Source of the DNA: a virus
Lineage: Duplodnaviria; Caudoviricetes
Length of the DNA stretch: 64,000 bases
Direction: 5' to 3' (one strand)
IMG/VR virus record: IMGVR_UViG_3300014019_000001
Span: 52,400 to 116,399 of that record
The notes beneath the pieces are model-generated. The model was not told the DNA's origin. It saw nothing but the letters and a program-made list of their open reading frames with translations, and ran no database searches. Positions within the stretch are counted from its first letter, which is position 1, and each line of letters opens with the position of its first letter. Shown in pieces: positions 27,697 to 38,371 of this stretch. Made by a program: the position numbers and the translations under genes.

Positions 27697-28317
27697 TCAG
27701 TTGAGGTGGATTGCGCTGCGGCGCTCCCTGTCGATGACGTCGAGGCGCTGCACGATGGTCTCGTGCAGGAAGTCCTTGCGAACGTCCCAATCCGTGTCGA
27801 AGATCAGGGCGGAATTGACCTGTTCCTTGAGCTCGGAGATACCGCCTTGCACGACGAGCGCGTGGTGCATCTGGTAGATGGGATTCTCCGACGGCTTGCC
27901 GTCCTCGACCACGTAATCCGGCAGAGGTGCCAGATAGAACACGAAGTCGTAGACGGAGCGCGTGGCTTCCAGGCACTTGTCGGCGAAGTTCGCCGCCTGG
28001 CGCAGGACCTCCAGATCAACGTTGTCGCCGTTCTTCATGGTGAACTCGCAAGCGAGATAGCCAAGGAAGTCGAGCGGCGTCCGGTCGCAGATCAGCGGCC
28101 GGCTGCGCTTGTCGAGCTCCTCCAGGTGGTTCTGGAGGAGCAGCGTCTGAAGGTGCAGACGATCCATGAGCGACAGGTCGCCCGTGGCATCGTAGCCGAA
28201 CGACTTGGCCGTCTTGGAGATCGAGGTCTCGTAAAAATCGATCCCGAGCTCCTCTGCGACGGCGCGCGCCAGTGTGGTCTTGCCGGAGCGGTGCGCTCCT
28301 GTCAGGCCAAACAACAT
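27697..28317 (-). CDS. P-loop nucleotide kinase-like (AAA_28)
   Basis: GAHRSGKTT; ICDRTPLD. Confidence 0.8.
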   Translation of the reverse strand: MLFGLTGAHRSGKTTLARAVAEELGIDFYETSISKTAKSFGYDATGDLSLMDRLHLQTLLLQNHLEELDKRSRPLICDRTPLDFLGYLACEFTMKNGDNVDLEVLRQAANFADKCLEATRSVYDFVFYLAPLPDYVVEDGKPSENPIYQMHHALVVQGGISELKEQVNSALIFDTDWDVRKDFLHETIVQRLDVIDRERRSAIHLN

Positions 28318-28781
28318 CAGAGCCTTCCGGTGCTGCCAAAGCCGGCGGCACCACGGTCAGAAATGTCCAGCTCCTCGACCTCAGCGAACTGTGCGCGGAG
28401 AACCGGCGCGATGACGAGCTGCCCGATGCGCTCACCCGGCGACATCTGATATGCCTTGTTCGACGTGTTGAGCAGGATCACCTTGATCTCGCCGCGATAG
28501 TCGCTGTCGACCGTGCCGGGCGTGTTGACGATGGTCAGGCCGTGCTTGGCGGCGAGACCAGAGCGAGGGCGCACCTGGAATTCAAAGCCGACGGGCAGCT
28601 CAACGGCAATTCCGGTCGAAATCATGCGCCGCTCGCCGGGTGCAAGCCACAGATCGTCGTTCTTGTCGAAGACGGCATAGACGTCGGCGCCGGCGGCCTC
28701 GGCGCTGCCATAGGTCGGAATGGTGGCGTCCTGACGCAGACGCTTGATCTTGACCGGCACGAGGGGAATGGATGCGCCCAT
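28317..28781 (-). CDS. dut: dUTPase (trimeric)
   Basis: AGADV, RPRSGLA, GTVDSDYRGE, RIGQL, RGAAGFGSTG. Confidence 0.95.
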   Translation of the reverse strand: MGASIPLVPVKIKRLRQDATIPTYGSAEAAGADVYAVFDKNDDLWLAPGERRMISTGIAVELPVGFEFQVRPRSGLAAKHGLTIVNTPGTVDSDYRGEIKVILLNTSNKAYQMSPGERIGQLVIAPVLRAQFAEVEELDISDRGAAGFGSTGRL

Positions 28782-28783
28782 TT

Positions 28784-29002
28784 TCAGTTTCCTTTCAGGA
28801 GTTCACGCGCAGCGGCGGCGTAGCCGTCGGCGATGGATTTCACGGCTGCGTGCTTCGCAGCCTCGGGATCGGCTTCCGGGCCGGCCCAGTGGCAATCCTC
28901 GTCCGGACCTTCATCGAGGGTCCAGTAGAAGCCCGGCTGGAGATCGGGGTGTTCCCCGATCTCCTTGATGCGAAGGGAGAACGTGGTGTTGCCGTCACTC
29001 AT
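28784..29002 (-). CDS. Hypothetical protein
   Basis: 72 aa in operon. Confidence 0.55.
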   Translation of the reverse strand: MSDGNTTFSLRIKEIGEHPDLQPGFYWTLDEGPDEDCHWAGPEADPEAAKHAAVKSIADGYAAAARELLKGN

Positions 29003-29264
29003 AACGAACCGTCACATTCTTGAAGAAGCCGCCGCACACGACGCCGGAGACCGGCTTGCCGTTCACGCCGATGGCGCGGAACGACGTGCTGTAGGTCTCG
29101 CCCCGGCTGCAGCCGAGGAACGAATAGCCATCGAGGCGGACGTTGGTGAGACCCTGCGCCTCAAGTGCGCGGCGAGCGGTGGCCGGATCGACGTTGCCCA
29201 TGGTGGCGAACGTGATCAGACCGAGAACTGCGAGACCGCCAAGCAAGATACCTGCTTCCTTCAT
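28995..29264 (-). CDS. Small membrane-anchored/exported protein
   Basis: N-terminal TM; C...VSGVVCGG..K..TVR. Confidence 0.7.
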   Translation of the reverse strand: MKEAGILLGGLAVLGLITFATMGNVDPATARRALEAQGLTNVRLDGYSFLGCSRGETYSTSFRAIGVNGKPVSGVVCGGFFKNVTVRYE

Positions 29265-29271
29265 GATGAAC

Positions 29272-30279
29272 CTACTTCGAGACCGGGGCTTTGATCGCTG
29301 CGGCGGGGTGGTAATCGATCAACTCCACGTCATCGACGCCGACATCGAAGATGCTGCCGTCGTGATGGAGCATGACCTGCGGCAGCTCGACGGGCTGACG
29401 GGTGAGCTGCTCCTTCGCCTGCTCAACGTGGTTGGCGTAGAGGTGCAGGTCGCCGAAGGTGTGAACGAACTCGCCCGGCTCCAGACCGACCTCGTGTGCA
29501 ACCAGCATCGTCAGCAGCGCGTAGGACGCGATATTGAAGGGAACGCCGAGGAACCAATCAGCGCTGCGCTGATAGAGCTGGCAATTCAGCTTGCCGTTGG
29601 CGACGTGGAACTGGAACATGGTGTGACACGGCGGCAAGGCCATGCTGTCGACCTCGACCGGGTTCCAGGCGCTAACAATGTGCCTGCGGCCGTAGGGGTC
29701 TCTCTTGAGCCCTTCGATCACGTTCTTGAGCTGGTCGATGTGAACCGGAACGTGTTCCGAGGCGCCAGACGTGTTATCGTAGACGACCTTCTTCGCACCG
29801 ATCCAGTCGCGCCACTGCTTGCCGTAGACCGGGCCGAGATCGCCGTTCTCGTCAGCCCATTCGTCCCAGATCGAGACGTTGTGATCTTTCAGGAACTTGA
29901 TGTTGGTGTCGCCGCGCAGAAACCAGAGCAACTCGACCAGGATCGAGTGGAAGTGGACCTTCTTGGTCGTCAGCAGCGGGAAGCCTTCCGACAGATCGAA
30001 CCGGAGCTGCTCGCCGAAGAGACCGTAGGTGCCGCCGTTGCGGCCCTCGCGATAGACGCCCTTGTCGATCAGCTTGCGCAGGACGCGCAGATACTGGTGA
30101 TCGGCCATGTTGCCGATGAGACGCAGGTTCTGTTCGCTGTAGATATGGAGAGCGCCCCGGTCATCCTCAACCACGTAGCGCGTTTTGTTATCCAGCTTGT
30201 CGAAGACAGAAACGATCGTCCCGTCAAAGCTGTAATCGCCGGTGACTTTCGTCACAGCATCGAGATCCGAAAAGGGCAA
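29272..30279 (-). CDS. thyA: Thymidylate synthase with 57-aa N-terminal extra domain
   Basis: FPLLTTK, ELLWFL, LPPCH, YQRSAD, PFNIASY; TTG start with AGGAGG. Confidence 0.95.
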   Translation of the reverse strand: MPFSDLDAVTKVTGDYSFDGTIVSVFDKLDNKTRYVVEDDRGALHIYSEQNLRLIGNMADHQYLRVLRKLIDKGVYREGRNGGTYGLFGEQLRFDLSEGFPLLTTKKVHFHSILVELLWFLRGDTNIKFLKDHNVSIWDEWADENGDLGPVYGKQWRDWIGAKKVVYDNTSGASEHVPVHIDQLKNVIEGLKRDPYGRRHIVSAWNPVEVDSMALPPCHTMFQFHVANGKLNCQLYQRSADWFLGVPFNIASYALLTMLVAHEVGLEPGEFVHTFGDLHLYANHVEQAKEQLTRQPVELPQVMLHHDGSIFDVGVDDVELIDYHPAAAIKAPVSK

Positions 30280-30289
30280 AGTTGCCTCC

Positions 30290-30523
30290 TTACTTCTTGA
30301 GAATGTCGGCGGCGACTTCGAGCAGGATGTCCGGAAGCTCTTTCGTGCCGTCGTTGATTTTCGTGGTGAGTTGGCCGGAGAAGTCTTTCATCTCCGAGTA
30401 GGTGAGGCCCTGGATGAGCCCCGCCAGGTTCTTGAGTTTGGCGTTGGGATCCGCCTTTACCTTGTCGCCGAGCGTGAGGCGGCGCTCCTTGTCTGTGCGG
30501 AAGTCGTCAAACGCCACCAACAA
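30290..30523 (-). CDS. Hypothetical protein
   Basis: 77 aa. Confidence 0.55.
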   Translation of the reverse strand: MLVAFDDFRTDKERRLTLGDKVKADPNAKLKNLAGLIQGLTYSEMKDFSGQLTTKINDGTKELPDILLEVAADILKK

Positions 30524-30866
30524 GCTCCCGTGCCTTGCCGACAGCGATGGACGCGCGCTTTTCGAGGTCGCAGCCGCAGTAGCCGGTGTGCTCCGACTTC
30601 TCGATCAGCAGCGTGTCCTGCTCGTTGGAGATCCGGGCGAGTTCGCGCAGAAGGCAACGCGACTCGACGAGTTCCTTCTGGAGACGGGCGGCCGAACCGG
30701 CCTGGTTGCGATTGCGGCGCTCCAGATCAGCGATTTCACGCTGAAGGGCGATGATGGTGTCCTTGTCGGCCGGGCTATCTTCGGCCTCCTCGGCAGCGCC
30801 GAAGAAATTGCACATGTTGACCTGGTGAACGATGCTGACCTGCGGCCGGCGAAGGAAGTTGAACAT
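30507..30866 (-). CDS. Hypothetical coiled-coil protein
   Basis: Follows promoter/operator at 30881-30923. Confidence 0.6.
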   Translation of the reverse strand: MFNFLRRPQVSIVHQVNMCNFFGAAEEAEDSPADKDTIIALQREIADLERRNRNQAGSAARLQKELVESRCLLRELARISNEQDTLLIEKSEHTGYCGCDLEKRASIAVGKARELVGGV

Positions 30867-30880
30867 CTGCCTTTCCTTTC

Positions 30881-30923
30881 TAGCTAAGTGATTACTTATG
30901 TTATAGCGCGCGTGAAACGGGTC
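30881..30923 (-). promoter_or_regulatory. Phage-type promoter plus operator
   Basis: TGACCC-N11-GCTATAA-CA-TAAGTAATCACTTAG. Confidence 0.8.
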
Positions 30924-30941
30924 ACGCGCGCTATTGAGAGG

Positions 30942-31166
30942 TCAGAGACTGTCGAGATAAGCCTTGAGCTTGTCGGACCCGCCGACGTGCACGTCGCCAT
31001 GGAAGATCTGCGGAACAGTCGAGTGGCCGGCGGCGCGGAAGCGCTGGAACTGCAGGTCAGTCACCAGCACCTCCTCCTCGAAATCGATGCCGCGAACCGC
31101 CAGCAAAGCCTTCGCGCGGCTGCAATAGACGCAGGTCGGCGTGGAAATCACTCGCCACTTTGCCAT
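30942..31166 (-). CDS. Glutaredoxin
   Basis: CVYC, TVPQIF, VGG. Confidence 0.9.
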   Translation of the reverse strand: MAKWRVISTPTCVYCSRAKALLAVRGIDFEEEVLVTDLQFQRFRAAGHSTVPQIFHGDVHVGGSDKLKAYLDSL

Positions 31167-33454
31167 TACGCCGCCTCCTTTCGATCTTCCGAGAAGTCGA
31201 TCGGGCACGCGCCGGCGCCGCAGTCCACATGCTCGAAGCCGATGTCCTCCTTGACGTCATCACCCTGGATGGCGGCGGCGATCAGTTCGAACTGCTGCTT
31301 CGTGACGGGCTGTTCCGGCTGATACTCGTAGGCCGAGGTATCGGTCTGGGGCATGACCGAGCAGCAGCGGATGGAGAACTGGCCGTCGATCAGCGTGTGC
31401 AGGAAGTGCTCGAAATCAACCTTCTTCGGGTCATACTTGAGCGTATAGCTGACCTGATTGCCGGTCTCATGGGCGAGGGACTCGCCGTTGGCATCGACAC
31501 CGTGGATCCAGTATTTCTCCAGCAGGCGCAGGAATTCATACTGTTCCTCGGGCGTTGCCTCGGCGGCCGTGACCACCCATTCGCCGCCATCGAGCTCGCA
31601 GATGCGCGGCTTCGTCGGGAAGCCAACGACGGTGGTGCCCTCGTAGGTCTTCAGACGCTTCACCGGATAGCCCATGGCCTCGTAGTCAGCGACGAGCGGA
31701 TCGTCATTGCGGAACTGCACCCAGCGGATGAACTCGCGCATGGACGGCAGGTGCGCGCCTTCGGTCAGACCGAAGAGCTTCGATGTGGTGCCGGCCGGCT
31801 TGAAGGTCGTGTTGGTGTGCGGGACGACGACGCCCAACTCCTTCGCGAACTTCTCAGCCTCGTCATCGATCGCCCGCTTGAACCGGGAGAGCGTGAGCCA
31901 CATTTCCTTGGACTTCTGCTCGTTCACGATATCGTGCCAGGTGAACTTGAAGCGGTCGTAGGCCCATTCGTGGAAGCCGGTGATGCCGACGCCGATACGA
32001 TTGGTCCGGTTGACCTCGCGCCGGTAGAGGCAGTCCATCGTGTTCACGCGGATCAGAGCGCGCACAGCCGCCCGGAACGCATCCTCGGCGTCATCGTCGT
32101 TCTGCGCGTGGAAGGGCACCACGTCAGCGATCACGCAATAGGCGCCGAGCATCAGCAGGGTGATCTCGCCGCACGGATTGGTGATCATGGTGTATTTCAC
32201 GTCCATGACGACCTTCGCCAGCGCCGACATCAGCGGGATCGTGTCCGCATCAACCTGGAAGCGGCTGGAGCCTGCATAGAGACCGTCAACGTAGGATTCG
32301 ATGCCCTCGTTGTTCTGCGTGAGCTTGTCCTGGTTGATGATGCCGGGCTCGCCGGTGCCATCGAAATAGGATGCCTTCGCCAGCTCGATCAGCACGCGCC
32401 AGGCGTGGGCTTCCGTGACGGTGATCGCGCCGACGCCGAGAAGGAAGATGAGGCGCGGGACGGACGTGCCGAGATCGGCATCACCAAGCTGATTGCGAAC
32501 CTTGGCGCAGGCGGCGCGGAACTCGTCATCGATCGTGACCGAGTTGTTGGACGACCACAGGAACCCACCCCGCTTGAGCTGGATGAAGTCGAAGATGGTC
32601 GCGTCCTTCCAGTGCTTCGTCGCCATCCGGGCAGCGCGGCGCGCACCGCCGACGAGAACGCACTCGGCAGCATAGTGGTCGGCATACATGGCGGCGCGCC
32701 AGGGGGCCATGCCGGCGTCGCGGAGGAGGGCGATGTTCGCGATTGCCGACATCAGCGGGCCGGGGCCGGACGCCGGCCGGTTCTGCATGCCCTTAATCGG
32801 ACTGCCGCGCTTTCGGACCTGGGTGAAGTCCAGAATCAGAACTTCGTCGCGCCGGTTCTCGAACGCCATGCGCTCGATGATTTCGACGGCCTTCGCCCAG
32901 CCTTCGCGGCTGTCCGGCACTTCGAACACGGTGATCTTGCGATCGGCATAGAGGTGCTCGGCGTCCCGGCGTGTCTTATAGCCGGAGATCACACCGCTCT
33001 GCACGTCGCCGTGCGACCAGTCGATCACCGGAACGACGATAGGCATATTGTTCAGATCCGCCTGGATCATCGCGTCATCATAGGCGCGGCCGACGCCGGA
33101 GCCATTGAGCAGCAGATAGAAGAGCAGGAACGTCGCGGCCGCCGTGGAGCAGTTCGTGAAGACCTCCTGATTGCGCTCCGGCTGCGTCTCGTCGCCGTGC
33201 TGAAGGTGCCGGCCGGACATGAGCAGCGAAGCCTGGCGCAGGTGGTGATTGAGGTTGGCGTATTCGCTCTGGGCGGCGTTCGCGCCGCGCGGGTCGAGCA
33301 GCGAGTTGCCAAGGGCCACGCGATGGGCGACCTCAGCCCAGGTCTCGACGCGCGTGCTGCCATCCGGATCGGTGATCTTGCGGTTGATGGTGCGATCGGC
33401 GACGGCCTGGCCCATACCGGCGAAGTATTCCCTCGCAGGGGTGTGCGAACTCAT
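31166..33454 (-). CDS. nrdJ: Class II (B12-dependent) ribonucleotide reductase
   Basis: FTNCS, TNPCGEI, KPAGTTS, C-terminal CGAGACP; no beta-subunit gene nearby. Confidence 0.85.
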   Translation of the reverse strand: MSSHTPAREYFAGMGQAVADRTINRKITDPDGSTRVETWAEVAHRVALGNSLLDPRGANAAQSEYANLNHHLRQASLLMSGRHLQHGDETQPERNQEVFTNCSTAAATFLLFYLLLNGSGVGRAYDDAMIQADLNNMPIVVPVIDWSHGDVQSGVISGYKTRRDAEHLYADRKITVFEVPDSREGWAKAVEIIERMAFENRRDEVLILDFTQVRKRGSPIKGMQNRPASGPGPLMSAIANIALLRDAGMAPWRAAMYADHYAAECVLVGGARRAARMATKHWKDATIFDFIQLKRGGFLWSSNNSVTIDDEFRAACAKVRNQLGDADLGTSVPRLIFLLGVGAITVTEAHAWRVLIELAKASYFDGTGEPGIINQDKLTQNNEGIESYVDGLYAGSSRFQVDADTIPLMSALAKVVMDVKYTMITNPCGEITLLMLGAYCVIADVVPFHAQNDDDAEDAFRAAVRALIRVNTMDCLYRREVNRTNRIGVGITGFHEWAYDRFKFTWHDIVNEQKSKEMWLTLSRFKRAIDDEAEKFAKELGVVVPHTNTTFKPAGTTSKLFGLTEGAHLPSMREFIRWVQFRNDDPLVADYEAMGYPVKRLKTYEGTTVVGFPTKPRICELDGGEWVVTAAEATPEEQYEFLRLLEKYWIHGVDANGESLAHETGNQVSYTLKYDPKKVDFEHFLHTLIDGQFSIRCCSVMPQTDTSAYEYQPEQPVTKQQFELIAAAIQGDDVKEDIGFEHVDCGAGACPIDFSEDRKEAA

Positions 33455-33529
33455 ATTGACTCCTTTTGGTGCTTGGATGCTACATATAGTAGCTAAGCGC
33501 TTACTTATGCGCTAGAGGAAAAATAAAGA

Positions 33530-34096
33530 TCAGGCCGCGCGCTGGGCCAAAATTGCCTGAACCTGCTTGAACGCAGGGGTGACGATGCCGGCGTGACAGA
33601 TGGCTGCGGCGTCGGCCAGGTGCTCGTTCTTGAGGGTCGGCACAAGGACGCCTGCGCGCTTGGTCGTCAGCCAGGGCGCGTTCGGATAGGTCTCCGATGC
33701 CCACTCGATCATTTCCTGCTTGCTGGCGGTCCTGGTGCCGACGGTGCACTTCTTCGTCTCGATAGGCGCCACTTCGAGCAGGGGAATCTTGATGCCGGCA
33801 TAGATGCCGATGGTGATGCCGAACCCAAGGACGGCGTTGTAATCTTGTCCGCCGGAAGGCACCTCGGCGAAGCAGACGGTCACGTCCTTCAGGAAGTCGT
33901 CGACACCACGGGCAATTTCCTGCGCCCGGAGAAGATTGTCGGATGAGGCGCGCACGGACTTGGACTTGTCCTTCTGGGTCTCGATCAGCTTCAAATCGAG
34001 AATATCGAGCGCACCCGAGGTGATGTCGAAGGACATCTTGGTCATGCCGAAATTGCGCAGCGAGCCGTCGAGCCCCGCGATGATGAGTTTGGACAT
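33530..34096 (-). CDS. RuvC-like Holliday junction resolvase
   Basis: AGLDGSLRNFG, FAEVP, NEHLADA. Confidence 0.8.
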   Translation of the reverse strand: MSKLIIAGLDGSLRNFGMTKMSFDITSGALDILDLKLIETQKDKSKSVRASSDNLLRAQEIARGVDDFLKDVTVCFAEVPSGGQDYNAVLGFGITIGIYAGIKIPLLEVAPIETKKCTVGTRTASKQEMIEWASETYPNAPWLTTKRAGVLVPTLKNEHLADAAAICHAGIVTPAFKQVQAILAQRAA

Positions 34097-34575
34097 CAGA
34101 ACCTTCCGAACTTGGGATTGTCTTTGTGCATTTCCGCCGCCGTGACCTTCTCCAGCTCGATCTCATCGAGCATGGCCTTCTCGGTATCGGCGATGAAGGT
34201 TGTGATCAGATCGGGGAGCTTTTCGATCAGGTTGGCGTAGCCGAGCTTTTCGCAGGCGTTGCTGGCGAAGAGCGGAATGGCCTGGTCGAGGTGCGCGGCG
34301 TCCCATTCGCACTGCTTCCATGGCGCATCATCGACAGGCGTAAACGAGAACAGGATCTTCCCGCTTTTGCCGACGCGAACGTCCTTGAAGAACAGCTCCT
34401 GGTCGCCGAACACCGGCTTGGTGCGATAGGTGTCGTCGGGAAGGAGAACTGACGCCTGGGGCGCGCCTTCTACGGTGAAGACGGCGCCTTTCAGCGCCGT
34501 ATTGATGGTGTCGATCACGCGCTCGTAGAGCTTATCCTTGTCGAGCTGCGTATCGGTCATGTGGATGTTCGACAT
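34096..34575 (-). CDS. Hypothetical protein with C-terminal PKFGRF motif
   Basis: Ends MHKDNPKFGRF; promoter/operator at 34586-34632. Confidence 0.75.
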   Translation of the reverse strand: MSNIHMTDTQLDKDKLYERVIDTINTALKGAVFTVEGAPQASVLLPDDTYRTKPVFGDQELFFKDVRVGKSGKILFSFTPVDDAPWKQCEWDAAHLDQAIPLFASNACEKLGYANLIEKLPDLITTFIADTEKAMLDEIELEKVTAAEMHKDNPKFGRF

Positions 34576-34667
34576 TTCCGAAACCTTCGTAAGTGCTTAC
34601 TTAGTGAATTATAGCACTTTCGCGCAGGAGCACGCGCTTAAAGCGGGATGGGATCAGCCGCTGGCCT

Positions 34668-36611
34668 TCAGGCAGTCACCTCAGTCACGGTGGTCTTGCC
34701 GCCCTTCATCTCCACCTGGACGATGTTGGAGATCCAGTCGCGCAATGAATTGTGGGAGATGACGAACACGGAGCCGCGCTCCTTCGCCTTGTCTTCCAGG
34801 ATTTGCATCAGGCGCTCCAGGCCGGCGGGGTCGAGGGCGTCATCGATTTCGTCGCCGATGAAGAGCTCGATGGGCTTGGTGGCGCGCGTTGCGACAAGAT
34901 CCTGAAGGGCAAGCGCCGCCGCGATCCGGACCTTGCGCTTCTCGCCGCCAGAAAGGCCAGCGAATGACTTGGAGCCGGACTTCTTCTCGACCTCGATGGA
35001 GAACTTCTCGCGGAGCTCGCCCTTAGCGTTCTTCACGAGGGTCGTCCAGTTGGCCGAAATGTTGCCGTCGGACAGGATCGCGAGATACTTGGCCGTCTGC
35101 TGATTGAGGAAAGGCGTCACCTCGTCGAGGATGTGGGCGCGCACGCCGGCCGGCGAGAACACCTTCGTCACCGCCTCGGCGATCTCCATCGCTTTCATGA
35201 CCTCATTCAGCTTGTCCTGGAGATCCTTTCCAGCCTTGTCGGCGGCTTCGAGCTGCTTATGGCATTCAGCGATGTTCGCTTCGAACGGATTGACTGCCGC
35301 CGAAAGCGTTTTCACGCCCTCACCAAGCGTTTTTGCAGCGATAGCGAGTTGCGCCCGTTTCTGCTTCAAAAGCTCGCCAGCGCTCAACTGTGCTTGTTTC
35401 TGCGCACGTTCCGCGCTGACCTGTGACGTGTCGGTCATCTTCGACTGAAACGCCTTGGCGGCGACCTCGGTTTCCTCAACCAGCTTCGTTGCAGCCGCGA
35501 CCTTCTTCTTCGCGTCAGCAAGCTCCATGTTGGCTTCTTCGACACGATCGCCGGCCGCTTTTTTCGCCGCGCCCAGCTCCGCCTCGGTCATAGGTCTGCC
35601 GCACTCGTCGCACGGGCAGCCGATCTTGTGCTGAACGTTGGCAAGCTCTGCCTGGAAGCGCGACAGAAGTCGGTTCGCATTGGCGACATTGTTCGTCGCC
35701 GCCACGAGCTGAGTCTGGGCCTGGGCCGCCTCCTTCACGAGCGCCGCATGCTGCTGTCCCTCCTGACTGACAGCCGCGATCTTCGCGTCGCATTCGGCTA
35801 TCGCCTTCTGGAGACCGGCGAAGTCAACGGCGCCGATCTGCGCATCAAGCACCTTGATCTGATCCACCTTATTCCGAATCTCCGACTTATCGGCGGAAAT
35901 CTTGAGGCGCTGTGTGTTCGTCCAGCCGTCGCGACTTGCAATTTCCTGGGTGAGCTGATGAGTGATCCAGGCTTTCCGCTGGTCGCACTGAGCGATGGAC
36001 GCGGCCACCTGATCGTATTCAGCCTTCTTCTTGCCGAGGCGCTCGCGTGCCTCCTTATAGGCTTCCTCGAGAAGGGTGACGCCGGCGGCTTCCTCGATCA
36101 GGATCTTGAGCTGCTTGTCGGTCATCGCCGGAAGGTCGGGCATCTGCTCCTGGCCGGCGTAGATCGCGCCCTTGAACACCTCGTAGGAGGCGCCAAGGAT
36201 CTTGTTGACCACATCCTGGGTGAGCTTGTCCGTGCCCTTCGTCAGGTCGATGTCGAACATCTTGGTCTGATCGTTGAATTTCCTGACCTGGAGGCTGTTC
36301 TTACCGTCCTTGTGCTTGCGGTGACGCGCGATACGATAGGCGTCAGGACCGTCTTCGATCTCGACACAAGCGCGCGTGCCCTTGCCGGCGGCGTCATTGA
36401 TGACGTCATCGCCAGAGACGCCGCGCGCTGTCGTGCCGTAAAGACACCAGCACAGAGCATCCGCGAGCGAGGACTTGCCGGAGCCGTTTGAATCCGCCGA
36501 GGTGTCGTCAGCATTGATGCCCTGGATAAGGACCAAGCCTCGATCCGCAAATTTAACCTCAGCTTTGGTGATGGCGAGGAACTCCTCGACCGTCATCTTG
36601 GAGAATTTCAT
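34668..36611 (-). CDS. sbcC: SbcC/Rad50-like ATPase
   Basis: NGSGKSS, coiled coils, CDEC hook, LSGGE, IGDE, ISH. Confidence 0.92.
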   Translation of the reverse strand: MKFSKMTVEEFLAITKAEVKFADRGLVLIQGINADDTSADSNGSGKSSLADALCWCLYGTTARGVSGDDVINDAAGKGTRACVEIEDGPDAYRIARHRKHKDGKNSLQVRKFNDQTKMFDIDLTKGTDKLTQDVVNKILGASYEVFKGAIYAGQEQMPDLPAMTDKQLKILIEEAAGVTLLEEAYKEARERLGKKKAEYDQVAASIAQCDQRKAWITHQLTQEIASRDGWTNTQRLKISADKSEIRNKVDQIKVLDAQIGAVDFAGLQKAIAECDAKIAAVSQEGQQHAALVKEAAQAQTQLVAATNNVANANRLLSRFQAELANVQHKIGCPCDECGRPMTEAELGAAKKAAGDRVEEANMELADAKKKVAAATKLVEETEVAAKAFQSKMTDTSQVSAERAQKQAQLSAGELLKQKRAQLAIAAKTLGEGVKTLSAAVNPFEANIAECHKQLEAADKAGKDLQDKLNEVMKAMEIAEAVTKVFSPAGVRAHILDEVTPFLNQQTAKYLAILSDGNISANWTTLVKNAKGELREKFSIEVEKKSGSKSFAGLSGGEKRKVRIAAALALQDLVATRATKPIELFIGDEIDDALDPAGLERLMQILEDKAKERGSVFVISHNSLRDWISNIVQVEMKGGKTTVTEVTA

Positions 36612-36787
36612 AACCTACTCCGGATAGATAATTTCTTCTGGGAGATCGATGTCGTAACGCAAGCGAACGGGAAGGCCAGTTTCGTTGGCTTTCTTCTGGG
36701 CTTGCTCCCGAGTATGCTGCTTGGCGATCTCCAAGCCGCGCTCTCGCATGGCTTTGAAAATCTTATCTACTTGGTCGACTGACATCG

Positions 36788-37141
36788 TTACTCCTTCGCG
36801 TTGATCGCAGCGGTCATGTTGCCAGTCGCTGCAGCCTGTTGAACGTTGGTCTGATGCGTGGGACGAGCCGCAGGGGCCTGCTTTGTCGCTGGCGCCGACG
36901 CGGCCTTCTTCGCGCTGCGAACGACGTCACGTCCACGGCCGCGATCGCCGAACTCGCGCATGTCCTGCTTGATGATCTGGACGCTGGCGGCGTCCTTCTT
37001 CCGATACATTTCGGCGGTGGGAAGCGGCAGGTCGCAGATGGTCTGCTTGATCAGCTCCGTGCGCTCGCCCGTCTTCCTTCCCTTCTCGTCGAAGGTCGAA
37101 ATCAGATGCTTGTTCTCCAGAATGACCGTGTAAAGCTGCAT
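36788..37141 (-). CDS. Hypothetical protein with C-terminal AAATGNMTAAINA motif
   Basis: 117 aa after operator at 37152-37169. Confidence 0.7.
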   Translation of the reverse strand: MQLYTVILENKHLISTFDEKGRKTGERTELIKQTICDLPLPTAEMYRKKDAASVQIIKQDMREFGDRGRGRDVVRSAKKAASAPATKQAPAARPTHQTNVQQAAATGNMTAAINAKE

Positions 37142-37206
37142 GTCTCTCTCCTAAGTAGCTACTGACTTAGACTAGCAGCTACACGAATGGCGTTCGGCTG
37201 GGATCG

Positions 37207-38307
37207 TCAGGCTTCTTCGTAGACGCTCTCGGCGGCCTTCAGCACGTCGGCGGCGGCCGTCTTCACGGCGTTCCGATCGATATGCTGTGGAAGCTCCATC
37301 TTGTCGCCGAATGCCGCGACCGACTGAGCAAGTGTCAGCGTCTTTCCGTTCTGGACAGCCTGCCCGGTGCGCTGGTTGATCTGCGCCGGCGGCACCTGAA
37401 TGGACGTGCCGAGCGCGCCATGCGTCTCGAAGAACGTTTTCAGGTCCTTCATGTCCTCGGCCGTCATCTGGCTGCCACGGAAGCGGATATAGTTGCCGTC
37501 GCACTGGAGCTTGATTTCATCCTCATCACGCCCGGAAACGTCGATGAACTTCGGCGCGTGGCTGTCCATGAACTTGATGTTCTGATGGTCGACCAGGAGG
37601 AAGCCCGCCTTGGTGCCGACATCGCCCCAGGTCTGGTGCGTGGTCGCGCCGATCGACACGATACCGCCGGGCATGACTTTGTGATTGTGGTAGTGGCCGG
37701 CGAAAATCCGGCGGAAGCCGAACTGCGCGAGACGCGCGTCAGAAATTCCGTGGCCGGCCGGCATGCCCGGCAGCACGCCGTCGATGCCTGCGTGAATGAA
37801 CACGTCGATTTCATCGACGCCATTGCCAACAGCGCCGGCGAGTTTGCCGAGATCGTTCAGGAGCGCCTCGTCGTTGGAATGCCAGGGAACGAACCCCAGG
37901 TGGTAGCCATCATCCGTCGTGATCAGGCGGGGTTCGTTGATGACGGTGAAGGTTCCGTGTTCCGAGAACGTCTGGGAGAGCGTCTGGATCGCCGAACCGA
38001 GCTCCGACGTTTCCTTGCCTTTCAGGTCGTGATTGCCGGGGATCGCCAGGATCGAAACACCCGAGTCCAGGATCTTCCGGATCGCGTCCTGCGTCGGGTT
38101 CAGCACCTCCGGGTCGATCGAGCCGCGAACATGGAAGATATCGCCAGCGATGACCATCACCTTGCCGCCGGCCTTTTTCAGCTCGGCTGCCGCGCGCTCC
38201 ATTTCGCTGAGGATGATACCGAGACGATTATTTACCCCGTCGCTCCGGACATGCGAAAACAGGGACCAGTTATGGGCGTGCAGGTCGGACAGGACTGCAA
38301 AAGTCAT
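37207..38307 (-). CDS. sbcD: SbcD/Mre11-like nuclease
   Basis: SDLH, AGDIFH, GNHD, GHYH. Confidence 0.92.
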   Translation of the reverse strand: MTFAVLSDLHAHNWSLFSHVRSDGVNNRLGIILSEMERAAAELKKAGGKVMVIAGDIFHVRGSIDPEVLNPTQDAIRKILDSGVSILAIPGNHDLKGKETSELGSAIQTLSQTFSEHGTFTVINEPRLITTDDGYHLGFVPWHSNDEALLNDLGKLAGAVGNGVDEIDVFIHAGIDGVLPGMPAGHGISDARLAQFGFRRIFAGHYHNHKVMPGGIVSIGATTHQTWGDVGTKAGFLLVDHQNIKFMDSHAPKFIDVSGRDEDEIKLQCDGNYIRFRGSQMTAEDMKDLKTFFETHGALGTSIQVPPAQINQRTGQAVQNGKTLTLAQSVAAFGDKMELPQHIDRNAVKTAAADVLKAAESVYEEA

Positions 38308-38321
38308 TTCTCTCTCCAGAT

Positions 38322-38365
38322 GCTCTAAGCGCTTACTTACGTTATAGCGCTTAGAGCGAGGGTTG
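38322..38365 (-). promoter_or_regulatory. Phage-type promoter plus operator
   Basis: AACCC-N11-GCTATAA-CG-TAAGTAAGCGCTTAG. Confidence 0.8.
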
Positions 38366-38371
38366 TTGCGG

